From: a virus
Taxonomy: Duplodnaviria; Caudoviricetes
Direction: 5' to 3' (one strand)
DNA: 64,000 bases
IMG/VR virus record: IMGVR_UViG_3300050151_000071
Location: 1 to 64,000 of that record
Of the stretch, positions 1 through 7,291 are shown piece by piece. A program made the translations under genes and the position numbers. The notes below the pieces were generated by a model that worked only from the letters and a program-made list of their open reading frames with translations, did not search any database and was not told the origin of the DNA. Each line of letters starts with the position of its first letter. The stretch's first letter is position 1.

Positions 1-155
1 TTCCTCTTGGTTCGCAACTTCGAACAGAACAAGATTAGAAACAGGAGTGCCCGGTGTGAGCTTTCCGATCTCTTGCGTGGCGTGAGCTAACTGAATCGCT
101 CTCACGACAGAAGGAAGATCCTTCCTTAGAAAACAATACGTGTATGTTTCAGCCA

Positions 156-428
156 TTACGCCGCTCCTTCCAGAATCTTAGCCTTTTCGGTAGCTGCCTT
201 TTCCTTGGCATCCTTGCGGAGTTCAAGCATAGAGGTAGCTTCGGCTTGTTCGCTCCGCAGATAGTTTTGCAGAGAGCCAACATAAGTTCCGGCCCGAGCT
301 TCGTTCTTGATCTGTATCTTAGTTTGCAGAATGTCTGTGGCGAGATCTTTGTAGATACTCTTCCACTTGGTCCGCCAAGCAATGTACTGCTCGCGGCTGA
401 TGAGTTGGTCGATGTTGTAGATAGACAT
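156..428 (-). CDS. hypothetical protein (90 aa, helical/basic)
   Basis: ORF on the coding strand with AAAGGA RBS; no motif recognised. Confidence 0.7.
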   Translation of the reverse strand: MSIYNIDQLISREQYIAWRTKWKSIYKDLATDILQTKIQIKNEARAGTYVGSLQNYLRSEQAEATSMLELRKDAKEKAATEKAKILEGAA

Positions 429-471
429 GTTCGTAATTTCCTTTTGATTAGTTGAATGTTAGTTCGCGTTA

Positions 472-714
472 TCAAAAGAACCTTACGGAGGTTTCATGTC
501 AATCTAAGCGGTAAAATTACTCATATCGTTCTCCATCTGAATGCCATTGACCATTTCTATTCTCGGTCGATCAAGGACTTAGACCTCACTGCCTCTCGCA
601 TTAACACCAAATATTAGGCCTCTACCTTTGCAGAAAGTAGCAACCACACCCTCCATTAAGCTTTGTTGGTCGAGGGTCCGTCCCAACATAAGCACAGCCT
701 TTTATTGACTGATT
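472..714 (-). ncRNA. candidate ~240-nt structured ncRNA
   Basis: No long ORF; begins at a predicted TSS; terminal helix TCAGTCAAT(712-704)/ATTGACATGA(503-494); internal hairpins; AACCT-CCGTA-AGGTT-CTTTT terminator. Confidence 0.45.
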
Positions 715-718
715 CTGT

Positions 719-747
719 ATAATCTACAATATTGATCCGAAAATCAA
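719..747 (-). promoter_or_regulatory. sigma70-type early promoter
   Basis: TTGATT-N17-GATTAT; the same motif recurs throughout the window. Confidence 0.55.
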
Positions 748-1082
748 CGGTGTAAATTCAAAACTTTTACAGTTTGTTGTTGCATGACACCTTGAGGAGA
801 AATCGTATGGAAATTTCCTTTACCATCATGGTAAACAACTTGGAGCTTACTCACTCCACCATTATTTATATCTGTTAGATGTCTTTGTGCATCGTTCCAG
901 TGTCGGAACTCACCATGTCTAACAGCCACACGGTTAATAACCGTATTGTAAATGTGATAACCTTTGCCTAGTGTCTTAGGCGGCTTTGGTGTAGCATAAC
1001 CAACGAATGGATTAGTGTCCAACCCAACAAAGTTCGACTTAACTCTTAACTCCGTTAGGAACTGCTTGAATGACTTGATCAT
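744..1082 (-). CDS. putative internal head protein with CTS-like leader
   Basis: N-terminus MIKSFKQFLTE resembles the T4 capsid-targeting sequence MKTYQEFIAE; coupled to the upstream gene by TAATG. Confidence 0.65.
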   Translation of the reverse strand: MIKSFKQFLTELRVKSNFVGLDTNPFVGYATPKPPKTLGKGYHIYNTVINRVAVRHGEFRHWNDAQRHLTDINNGGVSKLQVVYHDGKGNFHTISPQGVMQQQTVKVLNLHR

Positions 1083-1519
1083 TAGCTGCTCTTTGGCTCG
1101 TAGCTGATATCGTATCCATCTCTACGATTACCACCATTACTAGAGAAACCGTGTTTCCCATACCAAGACTTTAACTGGCTGCTGTCGGCAATCTTACCAG
1201 AACGGTTATCCATATAAGCTTTAGCAACACCACTAATTGATACGCCGTGCTTATCAGCTAAAGAAGTAAGGTGCTTTAAGGCAGCTGTACCAGCGCCACT
1301 TTTAGGTTCGAATGAGTGAATATCGTGGAGGTGAATTCCGTCTCCATGTGGTGATACATGCACTGATGCATTACCAATCAACTTCTCATTGTGGTTAAAT
1401 GGATGTTGGTGAGATGTCTTACCGAGCTCATCCATGAACCCAGCAACACCTGGATGCGTTAACCTGGAGCCCAACTTAATTACAGTGTTTTCTTTGATGA
1501 ATCGTTTGAATGTTTTCAT
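1082..1519 (-). CDS. GNAT-fold acetyltransferase-like protein with CTS-like leader
   Basis: MKTFKRFIKE leader; acetyl-CoA-binding-like motif PKSGAGTAALKHL..LADKHG and C-terminal LKSWYGKHGF. Confidence 0.6.
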   Translation of the reverse strand: MKTFKRFIKENTVIKLGSRLTHPGVAGFMDELGKTSHQHPFNHNEKLIGNASVHVSPHGDGIHLHDIHSFEPKSGAGTAALKHLTSLADKHGVSISGVAKAYMDNRSGKIADSSQLKSWYGKHGFSSNGGNRRDGYDISYEPKSS

Positions 1520-1523
1520 ACGC

Positions 1524-1832
1524 CTATTTAGGCGTTTTCATTCTCAGGAATACAGTATGGGCAGGGAAGTAAAGTGACTTGACCCGGTATTCCATTTGAG
1601 GTAGCAAATATTCTAACTCTACGATCTTCCCGTGATCGATGCAATGCTGAATTGCATCGTTAGTGACAGCTAAGGTATCGTTGGCTGTGATTGCGTAATC
1701 CCCATGAATACCTTGATGAATCTCACCTGAGATCTCAGTATAGATTTTCATTGCTGTAACCGGACCTTGAGTATTAACTTTCTCAACGATCAGTTCGATC
1801 AGCTTTTGCAGCAGGTCTTCGCGAGTTTGCAT
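1524..1832 (-). CDS. hypothetical protein
   Basis: 102-aa ORF coupled to the upstream gene by TAATG; ends in TAG. Confidence 0.7.
   Translation of the reverse strand: MQTREDLLQKLIELIVEKVNTQGPVTAMKIYTEISGEIHQGIHGDYAITANDTLAVTNDAIQHCIDHGKIVELEYLLPQMEYRVKSLYFPAHTVFLRMKTPK
1525..1531 (-). promoter_or_regulatory. late promoter CTAAATA
   Basis: CTAAATA 5 nt before the ATG at 1519; T4-like late element recurring before late-type genes. Confidence 0.6.
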
Positions 1833-2377
1833 TATCGGTTTCTCAAATGTTGACGAGTTGCAGTCAGAACTTGACCAAGCCAGTTCTTACCTTTCCAATT
1901 CTCACGATCTTCAATAGCTGGATCATCGTAAGCAAGCTTTACGCCCCACACAGAATCGTATGAAGCACCTTCTACCAGAATTCGATCGTCGGTCTCTAAA
2001 AGGTATTGTTTGAGATCTTCATTCTGACCAAACTTGGCGACGTTTCCACGGAACACCAATTCTCGAGCACAAAGGTCCCAAAGAGCTTCATCAAAGTTGC
2101 GAACTTGACGACCCAGTGCTTTGTGCTCTTTAGGGTTAGTTTCACGGAGGATTGCAGTGTACACATCCACGTCATGAAAAAGCAGAGCTTTACTCGCCAT
2201 CATGAACTGTTCACAACACGAGAACTTTCCAGCTTCGTAGCCTGGGAAAGGTGATGCGATGAATTCAGACGTGTACCATTGGCTGAATGGCCCACCAACG
2301 AAATAGACGTGAGTATCGGTTCTACGCTCTTTATATGACGGACCGTTTACATAATCGTATTTCATCGTATGTTCCAT
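1832..2377 (-). CDS. NADAR family protein (YbiA/T4 gp30.3-like)
   Basis: FSQWY, EQFMMASKA, K.LGRQV, KFGQN..LK..LL.T, LVE.ASYD..WG and NWLGQVL motifs. Confidence 0.9.
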   Translation of the reverse strand: MEHTMKYDYVNGPSYKERRTDTHVYFVGGPFSQWYTSEFIASPFPGYEAGKFSCCEQFMMASKALLFHDVDVYTAILRETNPKEHKALGRQVRNFDEALWDLCARELVFRGNVAKFGQNEDLKQYLLETDDRILVEGASYDSVWGVKLAYDDPAIEDRENWKGKNWLGQVLTATRQHLRNR

Positions 2378-2384
2378 TCTAAGT

Positions 2385-2460
2385 TGGCTGTCCTACCTGG
2401 ACTCGAACCAGGATCCCGACGCTTTAGAGACGAGTGCAATAACCATTATACCATAGGACA
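2385..2460 (-). tRNA. tRNA with CUA anticodon (putative amber suppressor; Trp/Gln-like body, U1-A72, G73)
   Basis: TGTCCTA/TAGGACA acceptor, G+CCA end, T-arm CCTGG-TTCGAGT-CCAGG, loop CT-CTA-AA; anticodon stem has only 3 of 5 pairs. Confidence 0.7.
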
Positions 2461-2589
2461 TAAAATATGCGCTGCTCTTCACCTTGACGTATTAGAGCAC
2501 TCCACTCCGCTAAGAGCGTCTTCCGATCAGTGTTCCAACCAACTGGAATCAAGGACAGTCGGTGCTTGTTTCACTTCTACGCATATATT

Positions 2590-2706
2590 TGGTGGACCCA
2601 GGTGGATTTTTACCACCAATCCCCTTTAGCAACCCGAAGGGTGTTTTGTCGCCTAACTAAGCCCTCACGATCGCAAGGAGTTAGCAGAAGTTGAAACTAT
2701 GGGTCC
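2590..2706 (-). ncRNA. tRNA-like RNA with ~45-nt hairpin inserted in the D-loop
   Basis: GGACCCA/TGGGTCC+ACCA acceptor, GTTT/AAAC D-stem, CCCTT/AAGGG arm with 10-nt loop, T-arm GGTGG-TAAAAAT-CCACC. Confidence 0.7.
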
Positions 2707-2711
2707 GTCTT

Positions 2712-2789
2712 TGGTGCGCCGTGCGGGACTCGAACCCGCAACCAAATCTTTTAGAGGGATCTGCTCTAACCAAATTGAGCTAACAGCGC
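2712..2789 (-). tRNA. second tRNA with CUA anticodon (putative amber suppressor, A73)
   Basis: GCGCTGT/ACGGCGC acceptor, GCTC/GAGC D-stem, GATCC-CTCTAAA-AGATT arm, canonical T-arm, encoded CCA. Confidence 0.8.
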
Positions 2790-2798
2790 ATTATTTCG

Positions 2799-2961
2799 TG
2801 GAACCGAGAAAAGGACTCTGATCCTAGTCTCACAGGCTTTACGATCGATTACCTTCTATTGATTCTCGGGCACAGTAGGGCTCATACAATAAACAGGGCA
2901 TATGACCTCCCTGCCGCCTCTAACTAGATCCGCTAAACCAGTTAATCCCTATCTCAGTTCC
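2799..2961 (-). ncRNA. candidate ~163-nt structured ncRNA
   Basis: 10-bp closing helix GGAACTGAGA/TCTCGGTTCC; internal hairpins TAACTGG/CTAGTTA, CAGGG/CCCTG, AGGA/TCCT; no ORF; lies in the tRNA array. Confidence 0.55.
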
Positions 2962-3007
2962 TAAGGATGAATATAGAGGATTCGGAATTTTGGATCAACA
3001 GAAAAAT

Positions 3008-3247
3008 TCAGTAACTTTTGAGGATTCTACCATCAGGTCCAACACACATCTTGCTGATGTTGGAGTGGCTCATATCAATCACTTGTCCATTTGCTTTGAC
3101 ACAGTCGATCACAAACTGTTTACGGAAAGCTTGAACTTCTGCAACTTGCTTAGGCCCACCAGTAGCGATGAAAAAGATATGGAATGCTACTACTGCAATC
3201 AAGATTATGAGAAGGAACGGTAAACGTTCCCTCATTTCTTGACCCAC
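3008..3247 (-). CDS. small membrane-anchored hypothetical protein
   Basis: N-terminal hydrophobic helix, two Cys. Confidence 0.65.
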   Translation of the reverse strand: MGQEMRERLPFLLIILIAVVAFHIFFIATGGPKQVAEVQAFRKQFVIDCVKANGQVIDMSHSNISKMCVGPDGRILKSY

Positions 3248-3801
3248 TTACCGTCGATCTGCACCTCAAGGATTTCTCCGGTATCTTTATCGTGTATCTG
3301 AGCTTGAGCTTTACCGTCAACATCCGCAATTACGTAGTTATGAGGAAGATCTCGGACCGCTTGTGCTACTCGTTCACCAGCTTCATTAGCTAGTTGTTGA
3401 GCCTGACGATACACGATCTTATCATCATTTGACATATCAGCTTCTTCAATCCACTGGAAGGAAGAGACTGTGGTGCCCCTAGCAAATTGCTCTTGATGAT
3501 CAGATCCGAAGTCTTCGATCAGCTTGCGATCTAATCCTTCGTATAGTTCGTCCGTAGCGTCGGCCGAACGGAAGAATTGACCGAATGCTTTCTTCAAGCA
3601 GTGTTGGCATACGTCAAGTTGGTGACGATCCATATCACCAAACACAGAACCGTATCCACCTACGAAGTCGATGTAAACGAACTCTTGGAGTTCCAAAACA
3701 TCGTTAGGATCTTGTTGTTTGTTGTAAGAAGTCTTGCACACGTCACACGTGGCTCCGACAACTTCTTGCTTTTCGTAACAAACAAGTTCTGAGATTCTCA
3801 T
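3232..3801 (-). CDS. hypothetical protein with CxxC...CxxC
   Basis: CDVC and CQHC motifs; overlaps its neighbours. Confidence 0.7.
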   Translation of the reverse strand: MRISELVCYEKQEVVGATCDVCKTSYNKQQDPNDVLELQEFVYIDFVGGYGSVFGDMDRHQLDVCQHCLKKAFGQFFRSADATDELYEGLDRKLIEDFGSDHQEQFARGTTVSSFQWIEEADMSNDDKIVYRQAQQLANEAGERVAQAVRDLPHNYVIADVDGKAQAQIHDKDTGEILEVQIDGKWVKK

Positions 3802-4283
3802 ATGATTCCCAATGCTTTCAGTTCTGCAATGGATTGCTTAGCAGACGTATGGAGAATCCAGTGTCCGCTATTGCTCGTCCATGCGTCAATGTGTTTGGGC
3901 CAGTCATCTACGATAACATCGCCAGGCCTGCAATATATCGACTTCTCTTTCGAAAGACAAGTGATCAAATGCAGTTTAGGGAAATATTTGTCACGCCATT
4001 CTAATTTCTGTCGAGTGGCCCATCCACCACGAGGGCATCCGGTGAGGATGATGGGGTTGAGGTGTTCAACAGCTTCTACGAGCTCATATGCATCCGGCAT
4101 TGGCTCAAGATCGGTGAAGAAATTTGGTGTGGAGTAAAGCTTATTCCAGAAAGCTTCTGAACCATGTAGTTCTTCATACTCTCTTGAAAACATACCGAAG
4201 ATTTCATGAGCCCGTTTATCAAAATCCGCCAACACCCCGTCGCAGTCCAAGAAAATAGTTCTGTTTCTAGCCGTCAAAGTCAT
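3798..4283 (-). CDS. HAD-family 5'(3')-deoxyribonucleotidase (NT5C-like)
   Basis: IFLDCDGVLADF motif I, ILTG, KEK and IVDD motifs. Confidence 0.85.
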   Translation of the reverse strand: MTLTARNRTIFLDCDGVLADFDKRAHEIFGMFSREYEELHGSEAFWNKLYSTPNFFTDLEPMPDAYELVEAVEHLNPIILTGCPRGGWATRQKLEWRDKYFPKLHLITCLSKEKSIYCRPGDVIVDDWPKHIDAWTSNSGHWILHTSAKQSIAELKALGII

Positions 4284-4292
4284 TGAATACTC

Positions 4293-4320
4293 CTAAATAG
4301 CTCATACAATTTTGGAGCTA
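4293..4320 (+). promoter_or_regulatory. late promoter plus RBS-sequestering hairpin
   Basis: CTAAATA at 4293-4299; TAGCTC/GAGCTA hairpin overlaps the GGAG RBS of the endonuclease gene. Confidence 0.6.
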
Positions 4321-4322
4321 TT

Positions 4323-5252
4323 ATGTCAACAAATAAATTTTATGTTTATATCTACTACCATCCCACGACAATGGTTCCATTCTATGTGGGAAAAGGTTAC
4401 TCTGATCGTAGCTTAGTTCACTTGAAGGAAGCTAAAAACTGGAATGGTAAAATGCGCAAGGGTAAAAATGCTCATAAGCTTAATACTATTAAGTCAATCA
4501 TCGATCAAGGGTTAGAACCGTTGATTGTTAGAACATTTCATACAAATGATGAAACGCAAGCGTTCGCTGAAGAAGTACGTTTGATCAAACTATTCGGTAG
4601 AGCTGATTTGTTTCAAGGATCACTAACCAACTTAACAGATGGAGGAGAAGGTTTAGCGGGATATAAACACTCAAAGGAACAAAAGGATCGTATGAGTGCT
4701 TCTCGTACAGGTCCAGCTAACGGTATGTTTGGTAAAACCCATACTCCTGAAGTTAGAGAACGCATGTCTAAACTTCGGAAGGGTAAACCAGGAACTCCTC
4801 ACACAGAAGAACTTAAACAATCGCGTATTGGTAACGACAACAACGCTAAGAGGCGCAAGACTATCTATAAGATGGACTTGGATGGAACCATCGTTGAAAG
4901 CTATCCATCATTCTTAAACGCTGTAAAGATGACTTCGATACCTAAAGCAACTCTACATAAAAATGTGAAATATGGTGGATTACCTATAGATGGCTTTTTC
5001 TATCAATATGAACCCGTTATACACGACAGACAGGAACTTATTGCTCGTCGAACGTTGAGTAATAGTAACCAAACTAATGTTCGTAAAGTCGAACAAGTAC
5101 TAAATGGTGAAATTATTACCACCTTCGACTCAATCAAACAAGCTGCTATTACAGTTGGAAAGTTAGGTGGAAATTATGCTAACCTATGGTATAAGATTAG
5201 AGATGAAAAACCATACGTAGGATACGTTTGGAGGTATTCAAATCCTATCTAA
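4323..5252 (+). CDS. free-standing GIY-YIG homing endonuclease with NUMOD3/NUMOD1-like repeats
   Basis: YVYIY..P...PFYVGKG..R...H; HSKEQKDRMS and HTPEVRERMS repeats; FDSIKQAA; antisense to its neighbours. Confidence 0.85.
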   Translation: MSTNKFYVYIYYHPTTMVPFYVGKGYSDRSLVHLKEAKNWNGKMRKGKNAHKLNTIKSIIDQGLEPLIVRTFHTNDETQAFAEEVRLIKLFGRADLFQGSLTNLTDGGEGLAGYKHSKEQKDRMSASRTGPANGMFGKTHTPEVRERMSKLRKGKPGTPHTEELKQSRIGNDNNAKRRKTIYKMDLDGTIVESYPSFLNAVKMTSIPKATLHKNVKYGGLPIDGFFYQYEPVIHDRQELIARRTLSNSNQTNVRKVEQVLNGEIITTFDSIKQAAITVGKLGGNYANLWYKIRDEKPYVGYVWRYSNPI

Positions 5253-5444
5253 CGGACAAGCAGAACGAGGAACAACTTTAATGTATTTGTTACCATACTC
5301 GTTCATTGTTGGAATTTCATATGTGGCATCAGGATCTCCACAAACTAAATCGTGAACACTAATGCACCGTGCTTCACAGTGAGTACAAACCCACTGAGGA
5401 CGCTTGAATAAGCTCGTAAACCATTTAAACATGAATTGGAACAT
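5238..5444 (-). CDS. hypothetical protein (Cys-containing)
   Basis: 68-aa ORF; its start overlaps the 3' end of the tRNA-Glu gene. Confidence 0.5.
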   Translation of the reverse strand: MFQFMFKWFTSLFKRPQWVCTHCEARCISVHDLVCGDPDATYEIPTMNEYGNKYIKVVPRSACPLDRI

Positions 5445-5512
5445 CCAACGGGATTCGAACCCGCATCACCTGATTGAAAGTCAAGTATCCTAGACCGTTA
5501 GACGATGGATGC
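5437..5512 (-). tRNA. trnE: tRNA-Glu(UUC)
   Basis: Cloverleaf with CTTGA-CT TTC AA-TCAGG arm and encoded CCA. Confidence 0.95.
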
Positions 5513-5524
5513 ACATATTGTGAT

Positions 5525-5600
5525 TGGTACACCCAAGGGAACTCGAATCCCTATTTCCGCAGTGAAAGTGCGACGACTTAACCAGTTAGTCGATGGATGC
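5525..5600 (-). tRNA. trnE: tRNA-Glu(UUC), second copy
   Basis: Cloverleaf with TCGCA-CT TTC AC-TGCGG arm and encoded CCA. Confidence 0.95.
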
Positions 5601-5691
5601 ATAACGATACGATCGCCTGAACCCATTAACTGAATTCAGGCGGTGGTCTCTGACATCTCTCGAACTGTGGTAGTCATGGTCTTAGTCCTTG

Positions 5692-5961
5692 TTAAATTAC
5701 ATGGTCGTATGTTTGACCATCGATCCTATTTGTATAGAGATCAACATTTATTTTCTTAGTAGCAGCGAGTTCTTTAGCTCTCCAGACCATTTGTTCTTGG
5801 TCTTTTAAGCCTTCAAACGTTCGCCTTGTTTCTTCTACTTCTCTATCGAAGAGATCAAACAGTCGCTGCTTAGCGCCTTGTTTGTTCTGTGCCGCAACTT
5901 GGTAATATTCGTAATGATGAAGCCTGGGCTCCACGATAGCATAAAACATTACCATCTGCAT
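5692..5961 (-). CDS. hypothetical protein
   Basis: 89-aa ORF between tRNA genes. Confidence 0.65.
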   Translation of the reverse strand: MQMVMFYAIVEPRLHHYEYYQVAAQNKQGAKQRLFDLFDREVEETRRTFEGLKDQEQMVWRAKELAATKKINVDLYTNRIDGQTYDHVI

Positions 5962-6031
5962 ACTCTAAATTGTAGTTAGAGTCTGAGAGAAGCTCCCGCC
6001 GGTCTCAGACTCTGCCATTGCGGCAAATATT

Positions 6032-6106
6032 TGGCACCACCAACGGAATTCGAATCCGTGCTACAACCGTGACAGGGTTGCGTGCTGGCCACTACACTAT
6101 GGTGGT
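6032..6106 (-). tRNA. trnD: tRNA-Asp(GUC)
   Basis: ACCACCA/TGGTGGT acceptor, CAACC-CT GTC AC-GGTTG arm, GCCA end. Confidence 0.93.
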
Positions 6107-6523
6107 ATTGTTTGTTATCTCAAACCTTCCGGCATGAAACTTCTTATGACAGTTCGAGCAAAGACAAACACATTTGCTTATCTCTAGCATAAGCTTATCC
6201 CACTTTAATTGAACCATACTAGCAATACCATACTCCTTTTGAGATGGATCTAAGTGGTGGAACTCTAAGCAAGCTGGATCAGCTTCATTGCATTTTAAAC
6301 ACTTCAAAGAACTTTTCAACGCAGAAAGTTTTGCTGCGCATTCTTTTCTGCGTTTATTGTGCTGTTCTTTATATCGATCTCCGTAGGTCTCTTTCCACTT
6401 TGATCTATGGTCTTCTTTAGCGCACTGCTTACAATATGATTGTAATCCGTCCGCCCTACTTTTATCTTTCCTGAAATCTGACGTATTCTTATCTACGTCA
6501 CACCTACAGCATTTCTTAATCAT
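6092..6523 (-). CDS. free-standing HNH endonuclease
   Basis: N-terminal CCRC..CKQC zinc finger; CLKC...LEFHHLDP...KCVCLCSNCHKKFH; 3' end overlaps tRNA-Asp. Confidence 0.85.
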   Translation of the reverse strand: MIKKCCRCDVDKNTSDFRKDKSRADGLQSYCKQCAKEDHRSKWKETYGDRYKEQHNKRRKECAAKLSALKSSLKCLKCNEADPACLEFHHLDPSQKEYGIASMVQLKWDKLMLEISKCVCLCSNCHKKFHAGRFEITNNTTIV

Positions 6524-6551
6524 AATACCTCCACTCTTTGAAGGTATTTAG
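6524..6551 (-). promoter_or_regulatory. late promoter plus RBS-sequestering hairpin
   Basis: CTAAATA at 6551-6545; AATACCT/AGGTATT stem overlaps the GGAGG RBS. Confidence 0.7.
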
Positions 6552-6601
6552 GGTTCAACCATGAACAGTTTTGAACCCAATATGGTCATTCGACCGAAAC
6601 T

Positions 6602-6678
6602 TGGTACCCGAGGAGGGATTCGAACCCCCGCATGCCAGGATGTAAACCTGGAGCCTTAAACCACTTGGCGACTCGGGC
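6602..6678 (-). tRNA. trnV: tRNA-Val(UAC)
   Basis: Cloverleaf with CCAGG-TT TAC AT-CCTGG arm and ACCA end. Confidence 0.95.
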
Positions 6679-6806
6679 AGAAACTCCTCTGGTGCGCATC
6701 GTAGAGAGGCGTGAGGAGTGTTGTTACATTTGTAGAAGAATAAGCCAAGGTAACTAGTGTTGTCTTGCGCCCTTATTCTTAATCACTGTTTCCAGCAATT
6801 GGTAGT

Positions 6807-6835
6807 ATTATATATGATCTAAAATGAAAGATCAA
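6807..6835 (-). promoter_or_regulatory. early promoter driving the tRNA cluster
   Basis: TTGATC-N17-TATAAT. Confidence 0.7.
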
Positions 6836-6847
6836 CGATAATTTTGC

Positions 6848-7288
6848 TTAGATTTTATCGTTAGTCCAATGTGGTGTTCTGATGTCGTCTGGATGCTCCA
6901 TAACATGAGCATTGCCACGGAATGATGACATTATAGTGTGACGTTGGTATCCACCAATTTGGTCAGTCTTTTTATTCACTCGAATATGAACATCACCGTC
7001 ACTGTAGTGATCTGCACCTCGACCTTCAGTATGCGTTAATCCAGCATCAAGCAAGTTCTTTTTAACTTGGTCTTTATCGTTGTAATGGACCTCTAAGACA
7101 TGTCGGTGAGTCTTGTGGAGTATATCTTGACCATCGGAAGGCTTAACGTTCAGGCCTTCGGTAGCTTTAGTAACAACACCTACAGCACGAGCAAATGCTT
7201 CATGCTTTTCAGGCAATGACAATGACTCAGTTAGAGTCTTATTGATTGCCGCAAAGAGACCTTTGTTGTTACCGATGTTATCAACCAT
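6848..7288 (-). CDS. leader-family protein 7 (putative internal protein)
   Basis: MVDNIGNNKGLFAAINKTLTE leader; His-rich body. Confidence 0.8.
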   Translation of the reverse strand: MVDNIGNNKGLFAAINKTLTESLSLPEKHEAFARAVGVVTKATEGLNVKPSDGQDILHKTHRHVLEVHYNDKDQVKKNLLDAGLTHTEGRGADHYSDGDVHIRVNKKTDQIGGYQRHTIMSSFRGNAHVMEHPDDIRTPHWTNDKI

Positions 7289-7291
7289 TGA

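Noticed and set aside
500-560. GGAG-ATG-AGT-AAT-TTT-ACC-GCT-TAG as a second amber-gated gene
   Set aside because: Read-through reaches TAA after six more codons and is not in frame with a downstream protein
2465-2560. Possible extra tRNA (TTCC-AGTTGGTT-GGAA D-arm-like hairpin)
   Set aside because: No T-arm, anticodon arm or CCA could be assigned; at most a weakly structured spacer or relic
2385-2789. Reading the CUA tRNAs as tRNA-Pyl or tRNA-Arg(UCU)
   Set aside because: They lack the Pyl features (short D-loop, 6-bp anticodon stem) and no pyl genes are seen; placing TCT in the anticodon breaks the stem and loses U33
5976-6026. 11-bp hairpin AGAGTCTGAGA/TCTCAGACTCT after tRNA-Asp
   Set aside because: Probably a processing or terminator hairpin; nothing further supports a distinct RNA
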